The notes under the pieces: model-generated | Seen by the model: the letters and a program-made list of their open reading frames with translations, nothing else | Told to the model about the DNA's origin: nothing | Databases searched by the model: none | Made by a program: the position numbers and the translations under genes | Shown here: positions 11,786-22,600 of the stretch, piece after piece | How the letters are laid out: each line of letters starts with the position of its first letter | How positions within the stretch are numbered: the stretch's first letter is position 1 | NCBI GenBank assembly: GCA_016748015.1 | Contig: JAAOMT010000304.1 | Location: forward strand, 62,001 to 126,000 | Length of the DNA: 64,000 bases | Direction: 5' to 3' | Source of the DNA: Geosiphon pyriformis uo1 | Lineage: Eukaryota > Fungi > Glomeromycota

Positions 11786-12397
11786 ATGTTAGCTTTAAAA
11801 ACAATACTCAAATTATCTATTACTATTACTGGAAAACATATTAATTATATCCAAACAGAAATAGTTACAAATCTAGCCCCAAATTCACAAAAGTATCACC
11901 CTTATAGAAAGAACACAAGAAATTATTCTGGAATTCATCTACCAGAACTTTTGAAGCTTGCTTTGAGAGAAAACTTATGGCTCACTTCTATTAGTATTCC
12001 ACCAAATGCTACTATTTAACAAAAACTTCAACTGTGTCTTAATGAAGAAAACAGCAAATACTCCCCAATATATAAATATTTCTACATTGAAAAAACACTT
12101 CATGAATGAAAACTGGAGCTTATAGCAACAAACCTTACAAAAAAAGCTATTCAGAAACAACTCCACAACGAATTCAAGACAACAGCTGGACCTACAAACA
12201 GCCACTATAAACTAAGAGCTGCTCTTAGACTTTATGACCTATTTCACACCTGTGAAAATGTCCTACAAAACCCAATTTTACAACCCTTAAAGATTCAATA
12301 CATTGGAAAGTTCACAGAACTGAAATTTCAACAATTTTCAAACCAAATTTCTTCAATAGTCTTGGATTGTTATTTGGAAATTACAGACAGTACTTGA
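11786..12397 (+). pseudogene. Extra 3' ORF (ORF3) of element B, unknown function, ~200 aa
   Basis: Frame continues past two transition-type stops: ...KYHPYRK...YKYFYIEKTL...RAALRLYDLF...IQYIGKFTELKFQQF. Lies between integrase and the PPT. Confidence 0.65.
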
Positions 12398-12418
12398 ACT
12401 TCAATGGAACTCAGTTTT

Positions 12419-12431
12419 GAGGAGGAAATTA
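12419..12431 (+). other. Polypurine tract of element B
   Basis: GAGGAGGAAATTA immediately before the 3' LTR. Confidence 0.8.
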
Positions 12432-13327
12432 TGTTACTAGACAAAATTAGAAATATTATTTAGCATAAAATTATTTTTATAATTCCTATCATTAATTAAC
12501 ATATATTATTGTTTCAAATTATCACTTATTACATTAGCAAAATATCTGAAATTATCATTTAATTAATAACCCAATTTGTATATAATACAAATGTAACCTA
12601 ATTGTGATGATCAATTATGCAATACTCCGAACTATGTAACATTCAAAAGTTTGCCAAAATTTGTAGAAATTTGCCAAAATAATTGATAGTTCACCAAAAT
12701 ATCTAATAGTTCACAGAAATAACTTGTGGTTCGCCAAAATGTATCTTTAGTTTAGTAAAATTGTAGAAAAGAGCAAAGTTCAAGTTCATAAAATAGTGTT
12801 ATAACAAATTGTATAAAAAAAAAGCTTCTCTCTTCGAGAAAATATATCTTACTTTAGATTTATTACTTAGAACCATTTCTACACACACAAAAAAAAATAA
12901 ATATCAAATAATTTGAAAAACCAAATTTTTTAATTATTGTACTTGGAAAATCCTCAAAACCCAACTAACATTTTGAAATCGATTAGCTACCAATTTCAGT
13001 AAACTGTTAGTGACTTCAGGCCTGGATAGAAAACATTTCTTTTGATAAAATCCTATTTTTTTACATTTCTTTTATTTTATTTTTTTTTCTTATTATAATC
13101 ATTAGGGTAGTCTACAAACGAAATTCCTGTAGAAGAGTTGACTTTCACAGCAAAGTAACTGGCAAGGAATTGGCCATTCCACTTATAAGCCCAGCAGTTC
13201 AAATTATAGAAGATAATTTGAAGATAAATTCAGTTACTGGAGGTCCAACTACTTTCTGAGAACGTAAATTCACAGCAAATCAACATTACCAACATTTAAG
13301 AAAAGAGACCAAAAATCTTTGGTAACA
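12432..13327 (+). repeat. 3' LTR of element B (896 bp, lacks an 81-bp segment)
   Basis: TGTTACTAG...GGTAACA; aligns to the 5' LTR except 4641-4721. Confidence 0.97.
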
Positions 13328-14304
13328 CTGGCACCAACAAAAGAAGAGCAAGAGCAATATTTAGAACAGCTAAACACTTAACTGTGTCAATACTGCTTAA
13401 TCCCATATGACTTCTAATATTGTAATGAGTGTAATCTTATTTACAATTTACTATCACATATGATCTACATAATCCCAGAAGAAGAAGAACCAATCAACAG
13501 CTATGTAGTCAAATCAGAATCAATTTTCAATTCCAATTTAAACTCTGACAATAAGGATGACAAAAACACCAGTTCCAGCTCTGTCCAAAATGGCAACTGA
13601 AATAACAATAATTCAAACTTAAACTCAAACTCCAAACAATAGATCATACTTTCTAATCTCACCAAGAAGCAAAAATTTAAATGGTTCAGTAATAATAATA
13701 AAGATATCATGCCAAAATACACACATGATACTAATTCAGAGTTTGATCTAAGATATCTGAGAAAAGAAGCCATAAAATTGAAACCACATTTATGCACCTG
13801 TATTAATCTCAAAATAGCACTGGAAATCTCAACAACAACAATAGTTCAATTAGCATCCAGAAGTAATTTAGCAAAAAAAGAGATTAACATCAAAGGAGGA
13901 ATAATTGATGCAGGATATATAGGAAATATTATTGCAATACTACAAAATAACTCAGAAAAAATCTATATTATAGAGCCAAATAAAAAAATAGTACAGGCAA
14001 TATTCCTGCTTCTGATTAAAATAGCTCAATTAGTATCAATAAAAAATAGGAAAGAATTAGGAATTACAGCTAAAGAGATACAGAAATTTAGATTAATAGA
14101 TAGAATAAATGTACCAGTTAATATGGCAAAAGAAGAAATTGTTAACAAGAAAGAAATTATTTTCATCCATCAATCAATTTCTATTTTACTATATAACCAG
14201 TACATGATAGCTATAGAAAGAAAAGTAAAAGACCAGATTCAAATTTTTGAGACAGAAGCAACACTTTGTAAATCAGGAGAGATTGAATTAATCAATCTAC
14301 ACAT
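13328..14304 (+). pseudogene. dut: Element A pol continuation: Cys cluster and dUTPase
   Basis: LCQYCLIP...CNEC, then EFDLRY, ASRSNLA, GGIIDAGYIGNI, KIVQAI. Confidence 0.9.
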
Positions 14305-15285
14305 TGTTACTGGAGGTTTTTGGTCTCTTTTCTTAAATGTTGTCGATGCTTGTTTGCTGTAAATTCACGTTTTTTGGATGTGGTTGAACCTCCAATAACT
14401 AAATTTATCTTCAAATTATCTCTTATAATTTGAACTTCTGGGCTTATAAGTAGAATGGCCAATTCCGTGCCAGTTACTTTATGTAGTTACGTTGTAGTAA
14501 ATGTCAACTCTTTCTCAGGAATTGCTCATCTGAAAGCTTACTAAAAATGTGTAGTTACTTTGCTGTGAAAGTCAACTCTTCTACAAGAATCTTGTCTGTA
14601 GGCTACCCTAATGATTGTAATAAGAAAAGAAAAAAAAAAATAGAAGAAATGTAAAAGAAATAGAATTTTGTCAAGAGAAACGTTTTCTATCCAGGTCTGG
14701 AGTCACTAACAGTTTACTGAAATTGGTAGCTAATCAATTTCAAAATGTTAGTTGGGTTTTGAAGATTTTCCAAGTGCAATAATTTAAAGAATTTGGTTTT
14801 TCAAATTATTTGATATTTATTTTTTTTTGTGTGTATAGGAATAGTTCTAAGTGATAAATCTAAAGTAAGATACATTTTCTCAAAAAGAGAAGCTCTTCTT
14901 TTATACAACTTGTTGTAACACTATTCTATGAACTTGAACTTTGCTATTTTCTACAATTTTGCTGAACTAAAGATACATTTCGGCAAACTACAAGTTATTT
15001 CTGCGAACTATTAAATATTTTGGTAAACTATCAATTATTTCGGCAAATTTCTACAAATTTTGGCGAACTTTTGAATGTTACATAGTTTGGGGTATTGTAT
15101 GATTGATCATTGCAATTAGGTTACATTTGTGTTGTGTACAATTTGGGTTATTAATTAAATGATAATTTTGGACATTTTTGCTAATGTAATAAGTGATAAT
15201 TTGAAACAATAATATATGCTAATTAATGATAGGAATTATAAGATAATTTCATGCTAAATAATATCTCTAATTTTGTCTGATAACA
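14305..15285 (-). mobile_element. Solo LTR of family B inserted in reverse orientation in element A pol
   Basis: Reverse complement of 3912-4888. Flanked by ACAT/TCAT (4-bp TSD, 1 mismatch). Removal restores LINLHISAKNHSHIKI, matching C (LINLYIPTKSHNHIKI). Confidence 0.95.
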
Positions 15286-16912
15286 TCATATCAGCCAAAA
15301 ACCACAGTCACATCAAAATTTTTATTTACAACAACACAGAAGATATCATCGAGATACCAGAAGATACTATCATTGGATATTTAACCACTAAAATTAAAGA
15401 CCAGCTGCCAAACACTATTTCAGATTTTTCACAACTGTGTAGATATGTAGATATTACATTTCAAACAATATACAAACAAGAAAATGTTATTTGCTCCAAC
15501 CAAAACAATTGGAACAAATAAACATAGAAAACTTAGATTCATTTCAACAGATACAACTCAAAATATTACTCAACAACTTTACCAATATTTTTGCAAGTGA
15601 AAATAAGTTTGGCAGAACTGACATAATCCAACATCAGATCAAGATTGAAGATGCAATGCCAATCAAACAAAGAGCATACAGAGTACCACCAGCCAGTCAT
15701 GAGATTATTTGTCAAGAAATCAATTGGATACTTGATAATGGGTTAATTCAATCATCAATGAGTCTATGGTTATTACCAGTGGTACTAATTCATAAAAAAA
15801 ATAGAAAAATCCGTTTTTGTGTGGATTACTGGAATCTTAATAGAGTAACCAAGGGAAATAGCTACTCAATTCCAAAGATCCAAGAACTTTTTGATGCTTT
15901 TAGAGAAAAAAAATGGTTCTTGACTTTAGACTTAGACAGCAGTTATTGGCAAGTAACTATGAAACCAGAGGATAAAGAGAAAATAACTTTTACAATCCAA
16001 GAAAAAAATTTTGAGTTTGAGGTAATGCCATTCAGCTTGATAAATGTGCCAACAACATTCCAACAGCTTATGAAAATTATCTATACTGGACTGTTATGGA
16101 AATTGGTAGTTGTATATTTAGATAATACCAATGTGTTCTCAAAGACATTTAATAATCATTTATATCATCTCCAATAAGTATTTGAAAGACTAAAAAGAGC
16201 CAAATTGAAGCTAAATGCCACCAAATGCTTCTTTAAAAAAACAGAATTGAAATTTTTGAGATATGTTGTAAGCAAAAATAGCATTAAAATAGATCCAGAC
16301 AAAATTGAAATAGTCAAAAACTTTCCAGTACTTACCAACTTGACCAAATTATGAGCATTTTTGGAATTTGTAGGATACTACTGTCACTTCATCAAAAACT
16401 TTTCTAAAATAGCTCAACCATTATACCAGCTTCAAACAAAAAACACCAAATATGATTGGACAGAAACTCTGCAAGAAGCTTTTGATATATTAAGAAAAAA
16501 GCTTATTCAAGCTTTAGTATTGATCTATTCAGATTATAGTAAGTCATTCATAATCACAACAAATACATTGGATCAAACATTGGAAACAGTACTATCTCAA
16601 AAAAAACCAGATGGATGAGAACATCTGGTAGCTTACACTAGCAGAAGCTTAAGTCCAACTGAAAAGAACTATTGAACTCCAGCATTAGAACACTTAGCTA
16701 TCTATTGGGCTGTTATTAAATAAAAAAAATACTTAAGTTAAAAATTTGATGTTTACACTAATTATAAAAGATTGACTTCAATCCAGAAGCCAGAATTTGG
16801 AGATAATCACCATGCCAGATAGAAGATAAAACTTTTACCATTTAATTATACAGTATATTACAAAAAAAAAAATGGAAATACTGACAGTTTGTCGAGAATG
16901 AAACAAATCTAA
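15286..16912 (+). pseudogene. Element A RT and RNase H
   Basis: GRTDIIQHQI, IRFCVDY, LTLDLDSSYWQV, VMPFSL, VVYLDNT, AYTSRSL, NTDSLSRMKQI-stop. Confidence 0.92.
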
Positions 16913-16974
16913 GAACATTTTAATCCAAAAATATAACAAAATTTAAACAGTTAAAAACAAAAATATAACAAAAA

Positions 16975-18349
16975 ATGAACATACAAAAATATCAACAACT
17001 CTAGCACTATATAATACTCAACAGTTCAAAAAAAAATTATCTCAAAAGAAACAAAACAACATAAAACAACAATTAAAATATTTTATCAATCATCAAAATA
17101 TACTTTATCAAAAAAACAAAAGAAATTCAAATCAACCAACCAGAGTAATTACAAAATCAGAGAAAGAGACAATATTATTTAACATGTACTCAGATCTAAC
17201 AGCAGGACATTTTTACAAAAAAGCAACCATAAAAAAATCAGAAAAAGATACTATTGATCATCAATATATCCAGATATCATCTAATATGTTCAAAATTGTA
17301 ATGCTTGTCAAAGAAGAAAAGGAACAAAATCCAGTGAACCATTGAGACCAATTAAAGTAAAACAACTATTCGATCACATTGGTATTAACTTAGTCAGATT
17401 ACTAACAATTACCAACAGAGGCAACAGATATATTGTAGTAGCCATGAATTATCTCACTAAATGGCCAGAAGCAAAAGCCATTCAAAAAGCAGATGCAAAA
17501 TCCATTTCCAAATTCGTTCATTAAAATCTAATTTGTTGACATAGATGTCCAAAAGAATTGTTATCTGATCAAGGAACTCACTTTGTGAATAAAACCTTAG
17601 CAGAACTAAATCAAAAATTTGAAATCAAAAAACCATTATTATCACCATATTATCCACAAACAAATGGGCTAGTTGAAAGATTCAACAGAATATTGTGTGA
17701 AGCAATAGCCAAAATCAGCCAAAAAAACCAGAAAAAATAGGATTTGTTTATACCATCAATATTATTTGCTTATTAAACAATAAAGCAAGACACTATACAA
17801 GCAACACCATTTGAATTAGTATATGATAGAACAGCAATACTACCAGTTAAGATAAAAGTTAAAACATATCCAACAGAACCAATAACAGAAGAAAATTTTC
17901 AAAAAACATTGTTGAAAAAAATATATAACTTAATGAAGACACTAAAAAACAAATGGTGAAGAGCAGCTGATAATATCCAAAAGTCACAAAAAAAACAAAA
18001 AAAAAGACATGATAACCAACTACTAGATAAATCAGTTAAATTCAAGATTGAAGACAAAGTACTCTTATATTGTACCAAAGCAGAAAAACAATGGAGTGGA
18101 AAATTTGACCCCAAATAGGATAAACCATTTTACATAGAAGAAATTTTAGGAAATGAAGCTTATAAATTAAAATAGAACAACAAAATTTTAGCCAAAACAG
18201 CACATGATGATTGACTGAAATTATATTGCCATATAGTATTATCATCTACCAATAATATTTCACAACTGAAAGTACAACAAATACTAATCCAACCAGATAA
18301 GATTTCACAAGATCTGGAACCAATCATAATCATTGAACCAAACACATAA
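16975..18349 (+). pseudogene. Element A integrase, separate ORF with its own ATG
   Basis: ATG at 16975 (MNIQKYQQL), CNACQ, YLTKWPEAKA, SDQGTHF, YPQTNGLVERFNR, ends LEPIIIIEPNT-stop. Confidence 0.88.
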
Positions 18350-18379
18350 AATTGAACAACTAAAAGAGTATATAAATAC

Positions 18380-18726
18380 ATGATATACACAACAAAAACA
18401 ACATCAGAAAAATTGAAATCACAGACAACATCTATTCACTAGCACAACAACTATTTCAACTGATTTAACAACAAGAAATAGAAATTACAATTAATCAACA
18501 AACCATCAGATATAAAAACACCAAAAAGAAACCATGAAATAAAATATGGAAAAAAACAGAAAACACTGTTAACAAAATAATCACAAAGGTGAAATTAGCA
18601 ATAGAAACACAACCAAAAGTCAAGAGTTGACTATTAAAACTTGAAATTAGTGGATACAACAATTTCCAAGAAACTTTTGTTACTTTTACTTGGAACAATA
18701 CCTGAATATTCAGAATTTATACACAA
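18380..18726 (+). pseudogene. Putative extra 3' ORF of element A, cut by insertion of C
   Basis: ATG at 18380. The frame runs ~115 codons with only TAA/TGA stops explicable as CAA/CGA transitions and ends at the LTR of C. Confidence 0.45.
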
Positions 18727-19592
18727 TGTTACTCATAGAATAGAAGAAGTATATTATTATTAGCAAGTAGAGATTAGCCAATTAGAAGTAGATGTAGTAA
18801 ATGTGGAATTCCAGGATTCCTTTCAGAGGAATTGCAGGATTCCAGAAATTTTAGGATTCTCTGGTGAGGAATCACAGGATTCCAGAATTTTAGGATTTCT
18901 ATCATTAGGAATTGCAGAATTTCTGTCACAAGGAATTGAAGAATTGAGGAATTTCAAATATGTATATATAACAGTAGTGTTAGAAGCAGAAAAGACAGAA
19001 AAAAACACCAAGAATTCTTAACTTAGTTACCACAATTCTCAAATAAATAATTATTCACTATATCAAATTCATTCTTCACTATCAACACTTCATGTTAATA
19101 GTAACTAATACTTAATTATATTGGAACAATAGCTCTTGATCACAGCTATTGATAAGATACTAACTTGCAAATTGCCTTGGCTTATTTTTTATTTTCTCTT
19201 TTATCTTTTCTTTATTTTCTTTGTTGTTTACTAACTTGATTAAAGGATTACTCTTAGAGAACTTATGAAAGAATAAACTTGCTTAAAACAATACTTACTC
19301 TTGGAGAACTTATGGAGGAACTGATATCAGGAAACAGTACTGATATACACTTATGGAAAATATTGTACCAAGAGAATCATCAACCATCAAGCTGAGCAAG
19401 CAATTGATGAAACTATAGTTTCAGAAAACTACTGATAAAACAGTTATCATTGAATCTCTGTTCATTATACAAAGAACTCTATTGAAAAACCTTCAGATAA
19501 AATACCTTCAGATTATTATCATCACCAATCACTTTGAGCACCAAGTTACGGGTTTGTTATTTACTCAACACCCCAAATAATCATCTGTAACA
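18727..19592 (+). repeat. 5' LTR of element C (866 bp)
   Basis: TGTTAC...GTAACA termini, followed by a PBS; 3' half homologous to 1-422. Confidence 0.85.
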
Positions 19593-19594
19593 TT

Positions 19595-19611
19595 TGGTGC
19601 TTTCTGTGAGG
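19595..19611 (+). other. Primer-binding site of element C
   Basis: TGGTGCTTTCTGTGAGG. Confidence 0.85.
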
Positions 19612-19651
19612 TTTAATTCTATAGAGAACCAGTACCAACAACTAATCAACA

Positions 19652-22600
19652 GTGGCAGAATCAGAAATTATAGAAGCCAACTACTTAGAATTCGCCAAAT
19701 TTTTGTTCCAAAAGTACAGCCAACAGTTAGAACTAAACAACAACCATTATCCAGCAGAACCAGCCTTCAACTATTATGTTAATGATAAAATCACAGACTG
19801 TTTAGAAGGAACTATTAATATTGAGTCAGTAAGAAAAAACTTTTATACAGAATTATTTCAACACACCAGCTTACCAAGAAATTACAGTTTTGCCCCAATC
19901 ATCAGGGAAATTGATCAAACCATTGAAAAATACATGCAACAACAATTTTCTATTACTTATGCAGACCAAGGCAAGAGAAAATTACAAACATCAGCAGTAA
20001 CACCCAGAAGAATACAACCACCTACTTGGAAGAAAACAAGAGTTGAATCACCAGCTCAGCCATCATATCATTATATATCTAAAAGTGCCATCAACTTCCT
20101 ATCAGTAGACATGTCCACATCAAACATGACATTAACATTTGGATAATTCCCATTCTAGAGTAAACAAAGTAAAGCAGAATTATTGGGAACTTTTGGTGAT
20201 TACTTTGAAGGATTTAAATCACAATCATTAACACCATCAGGATTTTGATTGCCACCTCTTCAACCTGATTTCAGAACTGCAAGTCTGTGGGAAGTAACAA
20301 AATTGGAAAAAGAACAAGAAAAACAAGAGAAAGAAGAATCTGAAGATCAGAAATTTACTTACCAAAACCCGATCCTAGAAAATCTGGAAGTTAGAACTCT
20401 AAATGTTCAAACTCTGCGAAGCCCAAATTTGGAAAATCCAGAAATTGAAACTCTGAATATCCAAGCACCACCAAATCAAAACAATCCAAACCCTGAAATC
20501 ATTAATCAGCACTTACCTCCAAATATTGTCATCAATCACCTACTGATTAATCTAATAGTCGAATCTATTCAGCAGCCACCTCAACAACCAAATCTGCAAA
20601 TCCAACAGCTGCAAGGACCACCTCAGCAACTACCAAAGCAACAACAACTGTTACAGCAGTCACAACAACAACTGAATGTAAACCAAATGGCTTATGCACC
20701 CATCGCCAAGTTAGAAAACTTTACCGGTAAAGAAGACAATGCCCAAGCATAGATCAATAACGTCTTCAAAACCATCATAGCAAACAATTGGGATGACGCC
20801 AGAGCCCTATAGGCAATCCCATACTTTCTCAAAGAAACTGCCAATTCTTGGTACCAGAGTTTAGCCACCAGACCACAAACATTCCAACAATTTAAAACTG
20901 CCTTTCTGGAATATTTTAGCAACAATAACAGTATTAATTGTCTAACCAATACTTTCACTACAATCAAACAGAATAATACTGAAGCAGTCACCACATACTT
21001 AAAATGTTTTCATAGAGTCCTATGCCAAATTCAAGCCATTGATGCCGTGTATTTCACAGAACCCCAGATTCTCAACCAGTTTATTCGTGGCCTGCGCAGT
21101 AGTATTTTGCAGCATATATGCCCATTACACCTAGCCAACCTTTAAACTATAGTCACATATGCCAGAAATTTCAAATTAGCTGAGCTAGAAGCCAACCACG
21201 CTCAAGCTGTGAATTTAGTAAAGAATAGATCATCTGATTTGGATTCCAAATTGAAGCAAATTAGTGATACCATCAATCTGAAAATTGAGGGATACTTAGC
21301 TAACAACCATCAATCCATTTATTAATCTCCCCAAAGATACAACAACCAAGGAAATGCTAATCGTTTCCAAAATCAAGCATGTCCCTCATTGTCAACCAAT
21401 CAGCCGTGGCAGCAGGAAACATGTGTTTGTCACAACTGTAGTAAACAAGGTTATATAAGAGCCAACTGCAATGCTTATAACTGATGATCAGAAAATCAAC
21501 ATCAAAACCCCGATCACCAATTTCAAAACCTGAATCAGTATCAAAGTCAAGATCAATACCAAAACATTTACCTGCCAATGACACAGCAGCCAATTTATCA
21601 ATCACCAGTATATCAAACTTTAGTTTATCAACTACAGCCACCAGCAATATATCAACTACAGCCACCTGTAATATATCAACTGCAGCAACAAGTAATCTAT
21701 CAACCTCAATCAATTCAACCACTGCCACAAAATTCAGTTAATATAATGTTAGACAACTTCAGGCTTAGAATCACACAAAACTGGAGATCAGCAATGGTTG
21801 TCTACCAACTGATCCCCAGTTTTTCCAATGCACCATTAGGATCATGTTCTTGGAATTCGGGCACCAGTGTCACCCAAAACCCAAATTCCCAGAACTATTT
21901 AAGTCTTCTGGTTACTCCAGCAAATGCCACACCCAACAACTTGGAAACCAACCCAACTCAAAAACTTACCAGCAATATCTTATCAGCAATTGTCACCAAC
22001 AACAAGTCCTTAGCAGCCATTTTCTCATTTAAACTGGAGGAACCATCTCAACTACTCTTATTTAGTGGAGCCACCCTTGAAAAGAAACCAATTACCGCGA
22101 TGTATATAGATGCTAAGGTTGATGAACACCCCATCAAACTAATATTAGACAGTGGTTCAGCAGATAGCATTATTATCTGACAACTCATAGATTAATTAGG
22201 TCACCAAGTTGATCAAGCTGCCAGCGCCTGAATTATAACTGCTAATAGAACCACCAAGACACCTATAGGTGAAATTGATGACTTTCCTATTGAAATAAAT
22301 GGCATCATCATACCCATCAAAGTTCTTGTAATGGAAGCCACTCAGTACCAAGTTCTTGTTGGAAATAATTGGCTATCCAAAACAAATGCTATACTCAATT
22401 GGACGATGCAAAAGCTCCAACTGAGCCAAAATGGTCAATATACTCGGGCATCAGCAATATGTAGACACTTTAAACCAACCAACTTGCAGCCACTAATTGA
22501 ATTTGAAGAGGAAGCAAAGAAACCAACATGAAAAGCATATCAGATTTTGTGGGCCGACATTGATCACAATGAACTGCTGCTCATATTTGCCTGGGATGAA

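Larger units (their letters stand above)
3912..13327 (+). mobile_element. Full-length Ty3/Gypsy-type LTR retrotransposon B, nested in A
   Basis: Paired LTRs TGTTAC...GTAACA, PBS, PPT, and 4-bp TSD CTGG (3908-3911 and 13328-13331). Removing it restores host frame FHKYYQCL-APTKEEQEQ, matching C (FHKHYQNLAPTREEQEQ). Confidence 0.97.
1..18726 (+). mobile_element. Ty3/Gypsy-type LTR retrotransposon A (host of nested insertions; starts before window, 3' end not seen)
   Basis: LTR end ...TAACA, then PBS, gag, protease (LILDSELAGS), Cys-rich domain, dUTPase, RT (VVYLDNT), RNase H and integrase in PR-RT-RH-IN order. The reading frame is restored across both insertions once the TSDs are removed. Confidence 0.9.

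Noticed and set aside
11786-12397. Calling ORF3 an env gene or a chromodomain
   Set aside because: No signal peptide, fusion or transmembrane segment, or chromodomain aromatic pattern is visible.
18727-19592. Reading this LTR as the 3' LTR of element A
   Set aside because: No polypurine tract before it, it is followed by a PBS and gag, it cuts A's 3' ORF, and it is too diverged from 1-422.
21590-21715. 24-nt tandem repeats in element C
   Set aside because: Low-complexity (IYQLQPP)n expansion within the Gag-protease linker.
1979-21728. Antisense and alternate-frame ORFs over the Gypsy elements (e.g. 1979-2389, 5847-6179, 21357-21728)
   Set aside because: Shadows of Q/P/N-rich, A/C-skewed gag-pol sequence; no motifs and not conserved between copies.
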